From assembly GCA_963761335.1 (NCBI GenBank), contig CAVXGR010000018.1, positions 1,088,001 through 1,152,000 of the forward strand: 64,000 nucleotides of DNA, in the 5' to 3' direction. Of this stretch, positions 1-10,588 are shown piece after piece (position 1 is the first letter of the stretch; the number at the start of each line of letters is the position of its first letter). The notes beneath the pieces are model-generated. The model saw only the letters and a program-made list of their open reading frames with translations, was not told the origin of the DNA and made no database searches. This DNA is from an uncultured delta proteobacterium. Its GTDB lineage: Bacteria > Desulfobacterota > Binatia > HRBIN30 > BPIQ01. The position numbers and the translations under genes were made by a program.

Positions 1-2132
1 AACGGCGGCGAGGTCGTCACCATCGCGCCCGACTTCAGCCCCTCCGCCGTGCACGCCGACTATCACGTGCCGATCGAGATCGGCACCGACGCCGCGTTCG
101 CCAATGCCATGTCGCAGGTGGTGATCGCCGAGGGGCTGGTCGACTGGGACTTCGTCAAGAAGCAGACCGATCTGCCGCTGCTCATCCGCATCGACACCCA
201 CCGTTTCCTGCGCGCCTCGGATCTCGGTGGGGGCGCCGACGACCAGTTCTACTGGCTCGACGCGAGGACCGGCAAGATGCCGCGGCGCCCCGAGGATGAC
301 CCTCGACCCCGGCGACGTCGACCCGGCACTCGAAGGCTCGACGGGGTGAAGCTGGCGGACGGCAAGGAGGTCGAGGTGCGCCCGGTCTTCTCGTTGCTGC
401 GCGACATGCTCAATGCGCAGTATACGCCGGAGAAGGTGCAGGCGATGTGCGGCGTGCATCCGGACACGACGCGCAAGCTGGCGCGCAAGATCGCCAGAAG
501 CGCACCCGCATCATGATGGGGTGGAACTCCGGCAAGTACTACCACGGCGACCTGATGGAGCGGGCGATGATGCTCATCCTCGGGCTCACCGGCAACTGGG
601 GCAAGCACGGCACCGGCGCGCGCAGCTGGGCGGTCGGCCTCAACGACGGCATGTTCACGGTGCTGCTGAAGTCGCAGTCCGGTCCGGAGATGACGCTGGC
701 GACGCGCGCCATGCGCGACGCGATGCTGCAGGCGATGATGGAGGCGGACCCGACCATCACCGACGAGATGGCCAAGTACACCGTCGAGCGCGAGATGACC
801 CAGATGATGGGCATCTTCACGCCGCCGGCGTTCTTCTGGTACCACCACTGCGGCTACCGCGAGATCTGGAACCGCCCCGGGTACAACGACCCGGAGATGA
901 AGCGCACCTTCGACGAGTATTTCCACGAGGCCTGCGAGAAGGGCTGGTGGGACAGCGGTGATCGAGCAGACGCGCCAGGCCGAGCCGCGCTTCCTGATCG
1001 AGGTGGGCGGCAACCTGCTGCGCCGCCAGCGCGGCGGCGCCGGCAGCTGCTCGAGCACCTGTGGCCGAAGCTGAAGATGATCGTCTCGGTCGACTGGCGC
1101 ATCAACACCACCGGCCTCTACGCCGACTACATCCTGCCGGCCGCGCAGCACTACGAGAAGGTGAACCAGCCGTACTCCAGCCCGATGCACCTGCACGTGC
1201 TGCTGATCGAGAAGGCCGCCGAGCCGGCCGGGGAGGCGCGCAGCGAGTGGCAGATGATCCAGGGCCTCGCCAAGGCGCTGGAGACGCGCTCCAAGGAGCG
1301 CGGCATCGAGGGGTGGCAGCGCAAGAACGGCGAGCCGGTGCCGCTGGAAAACCTGTGGAGCTGGATCACCAAGGGCGGCGATCTCGCCGACGACGCCCGG
1401 CTGATCGACGAGATGTTCCGCGACAGCGCCATCCTCGGGACCATGCCGCCCGACACGACGCTGGAGACGATGCGCGAGAAGGGGGCGGTGCGCGCCGTCG
1501 ACTGGGGCAACTCGTCGATGATGGTGTGCCAGCAGTCGCCGATCGAGCCCAACAAGACCCACACGCCGTTCCGCAACCACGTCGAGCAGCTCAAGCCCTA
1601 TCCGACGCTCAACCGCCGCGCCTCGTTCTACATCGACCACGACTGGTACCTCGAGGCGGGCGAGGAGATTCCGGTGCACAAGGACAACCCGCACCACGGC
1701 GGCGAGTACCCGCTGCGCCTCACCAGCGGCCATCCGCGCTGGAGCATCCACTCGATGAACCACACCAGCCGCGTCATGCTCGGCACCCATCGCGGCCATC
1801 CGGTGATGTACATGAACCCGGACGACATGGAGGAGCGCAGCCTCGACAACGGCGACGAGGCGTGCGTGTTCAACGATCTCGCCGACATGCGCATCCGCGT
1901 GCGCCGCTCGCCGGGCACCAAGCCGGGGCAGGTGGTCATCTACAACGGCTACGAGCCGTTCCAGTTCAAGGACTGGAGGGGCCCGGAGAACGTCGAGCCG
2001 GGCATGGTGAAGTGGCTGCACTTCGCCGGCGGCTACGGCCACCTGCAGTACCGCGGCCTGCACTGGCAGCCGATCCCCATCGACCGCGCCGTGCACCTCG
2101 ACGTGAGAAGGCGTAGGAGGCCCTCACCCTGA
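1..2132 (+). CDS. Type II DMSO-reductase-family molybdoenzyme alpha subunit (EbdA/S25dA-like), 5'-truncated by the window edge, with apparent frameshifts
   Basis: Motifs across ORFs 49..516 and 447..2132: GTDAAFA, QTDLPLL, GKYYHGDLMERA, ADYILPAAQHYEK, YPTLNRRASFYIDHDWY, SGHPRWSIHS, WLHFAGGYGHL. Frame switches near 280-330, 500 and 960-1040. Confidence 0.85.
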
Positions 2133-2162
2133 CCCTCTCCCGCAGAAGACGCGGGAGAGGGA
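2121..2162. repeat. REP-like palindrome, family A (CCCTCACCCTGACCCTCTCCCGC..GCGGGAGAGGG)
   Basis: 11-bp inverted repeat. Related copies at 2251-2291, ~9995-10037, 10090-10130, ~10290-10327, 10383-10426, 61866/63606 (split by the IS) and 63635-63677. Confidence 0.8.
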
Positions 2163-2211
2163 ACCCGCGCACGTAGCGACGGAGCTTGCCGCATACTGAT
2201 TCTCACTTCTC

Positions 2212-5135
2212 ATGTTGTCGTCCCCGCACGTACCCGCAACGGCCACAGGTTCCCTCTCCCGCTCTTTTGCGGGAGAGGGTCAGGGTGAGGGTACGGGTGC
2301 GGCCCCTCTCACCCGCCGCCAGTTCCTGATCGCCGGAGCGGCGGGGGCGGTGGCGCTGTCCTTGCGGCGGCTTGCCTTTGCGGCGCCGGAGACGGCGGCC
2401 GTCACCGCCGCACCGGCGCCGCTACCCGACTACCGCACCTGGGAGGACGTCTACCGCGCCAACTGGAGCTGGGATCGCGTCGTTCGCGGCACCCACCTGC
2501 GCGCCAACTGCTTCAGCGCCTGCTCCTTCGATCTGTACGTGAAGGACGGCGTGGTGTGGCGCGAGGAGCAGGCCGACGTCTACGCCCGCGAGGCCCCGGG
2601 TCTGCCCGACTACGCGCCGCGCGGCTGCCAGAAGGGCAACTGCTACAGCTCGCTGACGGTGGCTCCCGGTCGCGTGACCTATCCGCTCGAGCGCGTCGGC
2701 CCGCGCGGCTCGGGGAAATGGCGCCGCATGTCGTGGGACGAGGCCCTCGATCGCGTCGCCGACGCGATTCTCGACGCCGCGACAAAGGGCGGCACGGAGA
2801 CCGTCGTCTACGACAACGGCACCTCCAACATCGACTGGGGCCCGAGCACGATCGGCGAGATGCGGCTCTTCGGCATGCTCGGCGCCACCATGCTCGACGG
2901 CTTCGCCGGCACCGGCGACCTCGCCAAGGGGGCGCTGCAGACCTGGGGCACGTCCTTCGTCGACGGCTCGTCCGACGACTGGTTCCGCGCCGACACCCTG
3001 TTCTTCTGGCACTGCAACCCGATGGCCACGCGCATCCCCGACGCGCACTTCGCCACCGAGGCGCGCTATCGCGGCGCCACCGTCGTCACCGTCGGTCCCG
3101 ACCTCTCGCCGAGCGCCATCCACGCCTCCCTGTGGGTCAACCCGCAGCCCGGCACCGATGCGGCGCTGGCCCTCGGCCTGGCGCGCGAGCTCATCGAGCG
3201 CGGCGCGGTCGACGAGGCCTACGTGCGCGAGCAGACCGATCTGCCGTTTCTGGTGCGCGACGACAACGGTCGCTTCCTGCGCCAGTCCGACATGTCGGAG
3301 GGAGGCGACGACGACGTCTTCTACGTCGCCGACATGCACACGGGGGACATCGTCGAGGCTCCGGGAACCCCGGGCTGCTGGAGCGACTCGCTCGCTCTCG
3401 GCGACCTGGAGCCGGCGCTCGGCGGGCGCTTCGAGGTGCAGACGCCGCAAGGGAAGGTCGCCGTGCGCCCGGTGATGGAGCGCCTGCGCGAGCGGCTGGC
3501 GGCGTACACGCCGGAGTACGTCGCGGAGGTGACCGGGGTCGGGCCGGCGACCCAGGCGCGGCTCGCGGATCTGCTGGCCACGCTCGGCGGACGCTGATCT
3601 ACGCGACCTGGGGCTCGTGCAAGTCGTACCACGGCGATCTGCTGCAGCGCTCTTTGATCCTGCTCTCGGCGCTGCGCGGCCAGCACGGCCGCACCGGGTC
3701 CGGCGTGCGCTTCGCCGCCTGGCTGCCCTTCGAGGGTGCCGACGCGCTGATCGGAGCGCAGCCGTCGTGGCTGCAGCGCAGGCGCTGCGCATCTACACGC
3801 CGCCGCCGCGGGCGATGGAGGAGGCCATCGCCGAGGCCTCGGCGACGCGGCTCACCTGGACGCCGTCGCACCTCTTCCTCTACGTGCACGGCGGTCTGGA
3901 CGCGGCGCAGGACGAGGCGCCGCGCGAGACGCCGCGCCCCACGTCCCGCGCGACTACTTCCGCGAGGCGATGGAGCGCGGCTGGCTCCCGCCGCGGCCGG
4001 CGGCGGATCGACCGCCGCGGGTTCTGGTGACCTCGGGCGTCAACCCGCTGCGGCGCTGGCCGGTGCCGCAGGTGATCGAGCGGGTGCTGTGGCCCAAGCT
4101 GAAGCTCATCGTCGCCATCGACACGCGCGTGTCGACCACGGGCCTGAAGGCCGATCTGATCCTGCCGGCGGCCGGCTACTACGAGAAGCGCGGCATCAAG
4201 TACGCCGTGGCGCTGGCGCCGTACGTCGTCGTCGGCGATCGCGCCGTGCCGCCGCTGGGCGAGTCGAAGCCGGAGTGGGAGATCATGGCCCTGCTGGCGC
4301 GCTGCATGCAGGAGCGTGCTCGAGCGCGGGGTCTCAGGGCGACGTGCGCGAAGATCTACGATCGCTTCACCGAGGACGGCCGCTTCGGCCCGGGAGCGAC
4401 GAGGCGGTTCTCGACCAGATCCTGGAGGGACTCGTCGTCGACCAAGGGGATGAGCTGGGGCGAGGCGCGCAAGCGCGGGGCGATGCAGGCGCGGTCGGCG
4501 GGCGGCTGGGGGACGACCAGCGGCATCGGCAGCGAGATCGAGCCGCAGGGGAGCCTGAGCCCGTCGCGCATTCACGTCGAGGGCAAGCACGCCTGGCCGA
4601 CGCTGACCGGCCGGCAGCAGTTCTATCTCGATCACCCGTGGTTCTTCGAGGCCGACGAGGTGCTGCCGCGCTGGAAGCCGCTGCCCGGCATCGGTCGGCG
4701 CTATCCGATCTGCTCACCGGCGGCCACACGCGCTGGAGCATCCACGCCATCTGGCGGACGGAGCCGAGACTGCTGCGCCTGCAGCGCGGCGAGCCGTCGA
4801 TGTGGATGGCGATCGCGGACGCGCAGGCCCGCGGCATCGACGATAACGACATCGTTCTGGTGCGCAACGATCACGGCTCGTTCCGCGTGCGCGCCCGCCT
4901 GGCGCCGAGCGTGGCTCCCGGCGAGGCGATTCTCTATCACGCCTGGGAGCCGCTGCAGTTCCCCGGCTGGCAGGGCAACATGGAGGTGGTCGCGTCGCCC
5001 TACAAGCCCACGCACCTGGTCGGCGACTACGGTCACCTTCGCTACCGCGTCTTCTCCAGCGGGCCGCAGCACGTCCCGCGCGGCGTGCCGGTGGAGATCG
5101 AGCGGCTGGACAAAGGATCGGAGAATGTAAAATGA
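2212..5135 (+). CDS. Second type II DMSO-reductase-family alpha subunit with Tat signal, with several apparent frameshifts
   Basis: TRRQFL Tat motif; GTHLRANCFSAC..PRGCQKG FS0 cluster motif; TGD candidate Mo-ligand Asp; SYHGDLLQRS; WPTLTGRQQFYLDHPW; GGHTRWSIHA. Pieces lie in ORFs 2212..3597, 3617..4030, 3970..5130 and 2556..5135. Confidence 0.85.
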
Positions 5136-5244
5136 AGAACCGGTGACCGGGAATGGAGAGCCGGCAAACGGCTCGGATTCGACTCGCACGACTTCATCAG
5201 CCGGTTCTCCATTCCCGGTCACCGGTTCTCGATTTTACATTCTC
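5121..5244. terminator. Long inverted repeat (~45-bp arms) between convergent genes; putative bidirectional terminator or repeat element
   Basis: GAGAATGTAAAAT..GAACCGGTGACCGGGAATGGAGA..CCGG pairs with CCGG.TCTCCATTCCCGGTCACCGGTTC..ATTTTACATTCTC. Confidence 0.6.
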
Positions 5245-5295
5245 TTCTCTTTCCCCCGGGTAGGCGGCGTGCCCCGCGGCGCCGGTCGCTGCCCT

Positions 5296-5961
5296 TCAAC
5301 CGTCGCCACACTGCGCCCGCGCGTACGCCTGATCCGCCTCGAAGAAGGCGCCGGCGAAGGCGACCAGCGCGGCGAAGAAGGGCAGCGGGTCGTGCTTCTG
5401 CAGCCGCCCCTGGAGGCGCGGCATCCAGCGGCACAGGTGGCGCCCGAGAAAGTCGCGCTGGGCCCGTAGCAGCGGCGTCGCATCGATCCCGTGCTGCCGC
5501 GCCTCCGCCTCGCGATAGGTGAGGTAGTGCAGGAACTCCAGCTCGGTGGTGAGGTGGTCGGGGAGCTCGTGCACCTCCGGCGACAGATGCAGCTGGAAGA
5601 AGTTGTAGAAGCGCGTCGCCTCCTCCATCACCTTCATGCGGTCGCCGATGTAGATGCCGCCGTAGAGAGGGCAGGGGGGGCCGGCGGCGCCGACGTCGAA
5701 GAGGCGGATGTACTCCGACTGGAACTCCGTGTACGAGGCGCCGCCGTCGCCCAGGTCGTCGGTGACCTGCGCACCCAGACCGTGGGGCAGCCAGGCGCAC
5801 GCCTCGCGGCAGGCAGCGGCGAACTCTCCGGCGCCGACCGCCGCGTGCAGCTCCTCGTCGGGAAAGGCGAAGGCGGCCCCGAGAAGCTGATACAGGCGCG
5901 AGCGCGCCGCCGCCACTCGCGCGGCTTCACTGTCGAGCTCGGTGAGACGCGCGGCCTCCAT
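5296..5961 (-). CDS. Molybdoenzyme maturation chaperone (TorD/NarJ/EbdD-type delta subunit)
   Basis: MEAARLTELD start; EYIRLFDVG..PPCPLYGG and ELPDHLTTELEFLHYL motifs; directly downstream of the beta gene. Confidence 0.9.
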   Translation of the reverse strand: MEAARLTELDSEAARVAAARSRLYQLLGAAFAFPDEELHAAVGAGEFAAACREACAWLPHGLGAQVTDDLGDGGASYTEFQSEYIRLFDVGAAGPPCPLYGGIYIGDRMKVMEEATRFYNFFQLHLSPEVHELPDHLTTELEFLHYLTYREAEARQHGIDATPLLRAQRDFLGRHLCRWMPRLQGRLQKHDPLPFFAALVAFAGAFFEADQAYARAQCGDG

Positions 5962-5963
5962 GA

Positions 5964-7067
5964 TTACACCTTGCGCGGCTCGAGCTTTGCCGGATCGTTG
6001 GTGAACGGACCGAACAGACCCTTCCACTCGTAGACGATGAGCAGATCCATGAGCTCGGACTTGCCTCCTGCCTTGGTCTTGGCCATCTCGGCGTTGAGAG
6101 TGTCGAGGGCGGCATCGACGCCATTTCCAAAGAGATACTTGAGGTATTCGGTGGGGATCCGCGGCTTCGACTCGTCGAGATTGCCGTCGGCGTCGAAGCG
6201 CGGCGGCGAGATCGGCGGCACGTAGTAGATGTTGGGATCGGTGCCGTCCTCGGAGTGCAGCGGCAGGGCCACCTTCCATTTCTTGACCAGCTTGTGGATC
6301 GGGCCGTTCTCGTCGTCGAGGAAGCCGACGAAGCGCAGGCGCCCGGGGCACTGTCGCGCGCACGCCGGGGCCACGCCCTTCTCGACGCGCGGGTAGCAGA
6401 AGATGCACTTCTGCCCGATCTTGCGGGCGTGGTTGAAGTAGATCTTCTTGTACGGACAGGCCTCGACGCAGAAGCGATATCCCTTGCAGCGCTCCTCGCT
6501 GATGAGGACGATACCGTCTTCCTCGCGCTTGTAGATGGCGTTGCGGGGACAGGCCTCGAGGCAGGCGGGATGAGTGCAGTGATTGCAGATGCGCGGCATG
6601 TAGAAGTAGAAGCTGTTCGGGTAGCGTCCGCCGCCCTGGTCCTCGTCCCAGTTCGGACCCCACTCCGGCTTGCCGGAGGGCTGCAGGTGGACGGTGTTGC
6701 CCTTGCCGCTGAAGAAGACCTCGTCGTAGTTGAACTCCCACGCGTCACCGAAGTCGGCCCGGGTGGGCAGCTGGCCGGCCTGCGGCTCCTCGTCGCGGAA
6801 GCCGCCGCCGAGGCGCTCCCAGTCGCGCGGCGTGCCCTTGCCGGGCTGCGTGTTGACGGTCGCCCACCACATGTACTCCATGCCCTCGTCGCGGGTCCAC
6901 AGGGTCTTGCAGGCGATCACGCAGGTCTGGCATCCGAGGCACTTGTTGAGATCGAACACCATGGCGACCTGACGCTTGCAGTATCGCAGGCGCGCCTTCT
7001 GGCTCTTCAGCTCGCTGGCGAGCTCCTTGGCGCGTTCCGCCTTCTGTTGGGGGTTGGTCTCGGCCAT
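5964..7067 (-). CDS. Type II DMSO-reductase-family Fe-S beta subunit (EbdB/NarH-like)
   Basis: FDLNKCLGCQTCVIACK, CNHCTHPACLEACP, CKGYRFCVEACPYKK, KCIFCYPR..CARQCPGR. Confidence 0.95.
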   Translation of the reverse strand: MAETNPQQKAERAKELASELKSQKARLRYCKRQVAMVFDLNKCLGCQTCVIACKTLWTRDEGMEYMWWATVNTQPGKGTPRDWERLGGGFRDEEPQAGQLPTRADFGDAWEFNYDEVFFSGKGNTVHLQPSGKPEWGPNWDEDQGGGRYPNSFYFYMPRICNHCTHPACLEACPRNAIYKREEDGIVLISEERCKGYRFCVEACPYKKIYFNHARKIGQKCIFCYPRVEKGVAPACARQCPGRLRFVGFLDDENGPIHKLVKKWKVALPLHSEDGTDPNIYYVPPISPPRFDADGNLDESKPRIPTEYLKYLFGNGVDAALDTLNAEMAKTKAGGKSELMDLLIVYEWKGLFGPFTNDPAKLEPRKV

Positions 7068-7083
7068 TGCCGCCTCTCCTTCC

Positions 7084-7743
7084 TCAGGCCTCGATCTCGA
7101 GGTCGCGCCACTCTTTGGAGAACGATTTGACGCCGGCGCGCTCGCCGTTGCTGCCTTCCCAGACGGCGAAGCCGATCTTCACGGTGCGCCCCGGGGCGAG
7201 CTGGACGGTCTCGTCCTGTTGCTCGGGGACGGCGAGAGGACGCGTGAACACCACCGCCCAGGCGCCGTTCGCCCAGAAGGAGCGCGTGGCGATGGCGCAG
7301 CGCTTGGTGAACTCCGTCGTTCCCAGACCGTGGGCGATGGTGTTGCGCGGCTGATCGTCGAAGTCGGCGCGCCAGAACCAGGCGTTCACCGGTGCCTTCT
7401 GGCTGCCCATCTCATCGATGGGTGGATCACCGCCGTTCAGCGGCATGAGCACGCCGCAGCCGTCGGCGAAGCGGTTGATGTCGGAGATCTCCGCGTCCTT
7501 GCTGGCGTCTTCCCAGGTCAGGTGAAAGAAGATGTCGCTGCCGTTGTGTACCGCCTGCACGACCAGGTTCCTCACCTTGCCGATCTCCCGCTCGTTGCGA
7601 CTGGCCTTGATGTACTCCGAGGGCTGGTTGGCGAGCGGCGTCGCGGCCATCTGCAGCAGCTCCTGGGCGATGGCGTCGCGCCAGGCCGCCGCCTGCGGGT
7701 CGAGCAGCTGCTCGCGTGTCCCCGTCACTTTCTTGCAGAGCAT
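7084..7743 (-). CDS. Heme b gamma subunit (EbdC-like)
   Basis: MLCKKV start; LTWED, FADGCGV, EMGS..PVNAWFWRAD, GFAVWEGSNGERAGVKS with candidate Met and Lys heme ligands. Confidence 0.85.
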   Translation of the reverse strand: MLCKKVTGTREQLLDPQAAAWRDAIAQELLQMAATPLANQPSEYIKASRNEREIGKVRNLVVQAVHNGSDIFFHLTWEDASKDAEISDINRFADGCGVLMPLNGGDPPIDEMGSQKAPVNAWFWRADFDDQPRNTIAHGLGTTEFTKRCAIATRSFWANGAWAVVFTRPLAVPEQQDETVQLAPGRTVKIGFAVWEGSNGERAGVKSFSKEWRDLEIEA

Positions 7744-8378
7744 CTGGCAGCCTCCTTGTTCTCCGTTTCTGACCAGGCAACGTCGGGCAGGATACAGCGC
7801 TCGACGATGCGGACCACGTTGCGCTTGATGTGTTCCACACTGGTGCGGCTGAAGACGTCGCTCTGCCACGACGGCACCAGATGCGGCGCCGAGGTGAACA
7901 GAAAGGCGACCAGGCCGACGATACCGAGGACCAGCGCCAGCGGATCGATCGGCGCGAAGATGCGCGCCTCCTGGCCGGCGCGGAGGAAGTCGGCGATGGC
8001 ATGCAGAAGGCGCTCGGCATCGGGTGTCTTGTAGCCGATGGGGACGTCGCCGAGGCTCTGGCGCAGCAGGATCTTGGCGCGGTCGGGATGCGCCGCCACC
8101 AGATCCACGTAAGCTTCGGTCAGAGCGCGGATCTTGTCGAGCGCCGGAGCCTCAATGGAGAGGGTGTCCTTGACGATGTCCTCGGTCTCCGCGAGGCTGC
8201 GCTCCACCACCGCCCGGTAGAGGTCGTCCTTGCTGGCGAAGTAGTGGAACAGGGACGCCTTGCGGATGCCGACGCGCGCGGCGATCTCGTGGAGCTTGGT
8301 ACCGTGGTAGCCCAGCTCCCCCAGCGACGCCTGCGCCGCTTCCAGGATGAGGTCGCGCCTGCCGCGCTCGTCCGCCAT
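7725..8378 (-). CDS. TetR/AcrR family transcriptional regulator
   Basis: GYHGTKLHEIAARVGIRKASLFHYFASKDDL helix-turn-helix. Confidence 0.95.
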   Translation of the reverse strand: MADERGRRDLILEAAQASLGELGYHGTKLHEIAARVGIRKASLFHYFASKDDLYRAVVERSLAETEDIVKDTLSIEAPALDKIRALTEAYVDLVAAHPDRAKILLRQSLGDVPIGYKTPDAERLLHAIADFLRAGQEARIFAPIDPLALVLGIVGLVAFLFTSAPHLVPSWQSDVFSRTSVEHIKRNVVRIVERCILPDVAWSETENKEAARCSARK

Positions 8379-8477
8379 GGGGCGAGTCTACCGAACGGTC
8401 GGGAGGGGGACATGACCAATGTCAGCATTGCAGCTGATCGACGAGAGCCGTCGCGGCGGCGTCCGGGGAGGGGCAGA

Positions 8478-8526
8478 GTAGAAGCGGCGTCTCGCCGCTT
8501 CGAAAGCACCGGGACGGCGCTTCTAC
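8478..8526. repeat. GTAG-type REP doublet (REPIN-like), family B
   Basis: GTAGAAGCGGCGTCTCGCCGCTT..GGGACGGCGCTTCTAC. Copies at 12480, 54646 and 57004; half copies at 22959 and ~42893. Confidence 0.85.
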
Positions 8527-9872
8527 TCCGTGCGGGTGACCGATATGGTCCCGTAGAACGGCAGCAGGAGTCCCTCTCGGACCTCGATCTGCTGTCCGCT
8601 CGGCTCGGGCTCGAGGGCCGGGCCAGAGAGTGGATCGTAGCAGTTCATGATCGGCGCGGGGTCGAGTCGGCTCTGGAACTGCGGCGCCAGGAAGGCAGCG
8701 AGCTGTGCCTGCAGGTCCAGGTTGGCGATGCCGGCCTCCTCGCCGGCGACTTCGTCGAGGAAATCCCACGGGGTCACGCACACGCGCGGCGTCGGTGCGG
8801 CGACCGTCTCGGCGCCCAGGGTCGTACTGACCACGGCACAGCTCGAAGCGTCGTCGGGTGTGATCTCGATCTGGACACCGGGGCGGGTGATCCAGTGATA
8901 GCGAACCTCGAGCCGCGTACCGCTGCTGCCTGGAGGCGCACAGACGCGCCAGGCAACCGGAGAGGTTCGATTCGGCAGCATCATCGCCCACGACTCGAGG
9001 CTGTCGAGCGAGGTGTAGGGCGCGGGCCCGATGTCCTGCAGTCGCAGGACATCGGTGATCAGCACGGCGGGAAACGGCCCGGCGCCGGCATCGGTGAAGC
9101 GGGACGGATCGTCGAAGGCGAGGGCCTTTGCCGGATCGGGGTGATAGAGCTCCGACTCGCGGTAGGGATTGTAGAAGGCGTCGACGACGGTCTTGCCGTC
9201 GACGGTGCGGCTATTGGCCATGAAGGTGATCGGGTGCAGCTCGGTCTGGAAGTTGACGTGCCCGCAATCGACGATCCAGTTCCCCATGACCAGGACACGG
9301 CTGTCCTGGTCCGGAACGAAGCGGTCGAAGATTCCCTGGCGCGAGCGCGCCGACATGGCCTCCCACTCCTGTCCCGTGGCCGGCCCTGGGGGACCCTCCT
9401 CGTGCGGCAGCTGTCCCTCCGAGATCTCGACGTGGAGGTTGCCGCCGACCACGCCGCGGTTCTGGGCCGCCTCGGCGTAAGCGGAGTCGAGCACCACGTC
9501 CATATTGAAGTCGGAGCCGAAGGTGTGGTCGAAGGGAAAATCGCCGCCGCCGATCGAGACGCCGGTTGCCGCCCCCGCGACCATGATCTCGCTGGGAGAC
9601 TCCTTGATGTCGGCGAGCCGTTTCGGGACCTTGTAGTCGAACGGGCTCCCCTGCGTCAGCTCGGCGAGGAAACGGCGGTCATCGGCGCCGCAGACCGTTT
9701 TCGGGTCGGCGGGCGGATAGTCGCCGTTGGCGGCGACGGCCGCCTCCTGGTCAAAGGTGAGGACCGCCTGATCCGGCGCCGTGCGGCTGAGCGCCGCGGG
9801 ATTGTCCTCATCGCCGCAGCCCGCCAGCAGCAGCAGGGTGAAAATCGAAAAGACCACGAGTGTATGTCGCAC
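8523..9872 (-). CDS. Hypothetical lipoprotein
   Basis: Lipobox LLAGC; coding-like composition; WIVDCGH..TELHP motif; no family recognised. Confidence 0.75.
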   Translation of the reverse strand: MRHTLVVFSIFTLLLLAGCGDEDNPAALSRTAPDQAVLTFDQEAAVAANGDYPPADPKTVCGADDRRFLAELTQGSPFDYKVPKRLADIKESPSEIMVAGAATGVSIGGGDFPFDHTFGSDFNMDVVLDSAYAEAAQNRGVVGGNLHVEISEGQLPHEEGPPGPATGQEWEAMSARSRQGIFDRFVPDQDSRVLVMGNWIVDCGHVNFQTELHPITFMANSRTVDGKTVVDAFYNPYRESELYHPDPAKALAFDDPSRFTDAGAGPFPAVLITDVLRLQDIGPAPYTSLDSLESWAMMLPNRTSPVAWRVCAPPGSSGTRLEVRYHWITRPGVQIEITPDDASSCAVVSTTLGAETVAAPTPRVCVTPWDFLDEVAGEEAGIANLDLQAQLAAFLAPQFQSRLDPAPIMNCYDPLSGPALEPEPSGQQIEVREGLLLPFYGTISVTRTE

Positions 9873-9994
9873 GGCTCCCCCCCGTGGACGAATTTGTAGC
9901 CGGCCTCGGCCAGCCTGTGCAACCGCTCATGCAAAAAGTTGGGGACTGTTCTAATTCGACGTCTGCGACGGTCACCGGCGCCGACAAACTGGGT

Positions 9995-10469
9995 CTCCGC
10001 TCCCGCATTGCCTGCGGGAAGAGGAACAAGGTGAGGGATCCCTTCTCGCTGAAAGCTGGTGGATCTTCGCGGCGTTCAAAGAGTCGGCGCCCTCACCCCG
10101 GCCCTTCTATGACGGCCATGCGGGAGAGGGAACGCGCGCCCCGAAGCGCACACCCAACAGAGTTTCGAAGCAGTGCGTCATGAGCCTGAGCGAGCTCACC
10201 AACAGACGATGAAAATGGACGGCGTCCTGATGCACCGATCAGACGCTTGCGATGGTACTTCCGCGCCGCCGCGGGGCGCTGATCTCCAATCCGCAGCTTT
10301 CCGCGGGGAGAGGACCAAGGTGAGGGGTTCCTGCGCCCACTGCGAGCTCGATGAATTTCCACGGCCTTCACAGAGATCGGTACCCTCACCCAGACCCTCT
10401 CGCGGCGAGAGTAATACGGGAGAGGGAACGCGCCCCCGAAGCGCTTCACCCAACAGATTTTCGAAGCAG
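9995..10469. repeat. Composite intergenic repeat cluster (REP-A hairpins plus CACCCAACAGATTTTCGAAGCAG core)
   Basis: 10151-10333 closely matches the reverse complement of 63630-63806. 10119-10176 and 10411-10469 match the reverse complement of 61821-61880. Confidence 0.8.
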
Positions 10470-10588
10470 GCTTCTTTTCGGCGCCAACGTCCCCCCATGA
10501 TAGCGACCGTTGCGCGTTGCCGAAAAGATGCCGTGTCCCCGGCGCCGGGATGCTGGCGACTGTTTTGCCGCGGGTGTAGAGAATTCCC

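Noticed and set aside
3590..3600. TGA at 3595-3597 as selenocysteine or programmed recoding
   Set aside because: The protein continues in another frame (TLIYATWGSCKSYHGD) and the position is not catalytic; a simple indel explains it.
5964..7067. Respiratory nitrate reductase narH
   Set aside because: Shorter than NarH, paired with an EbdC-like soluble gamma rather than NarI, and the alpha has a Tat signal.
9995..10469. Possible CRISPR array
   Set aside because: Repeats are palindromic, irregularly spaced and mixed in orientation; no unique spacers of constant length and no cas genes.
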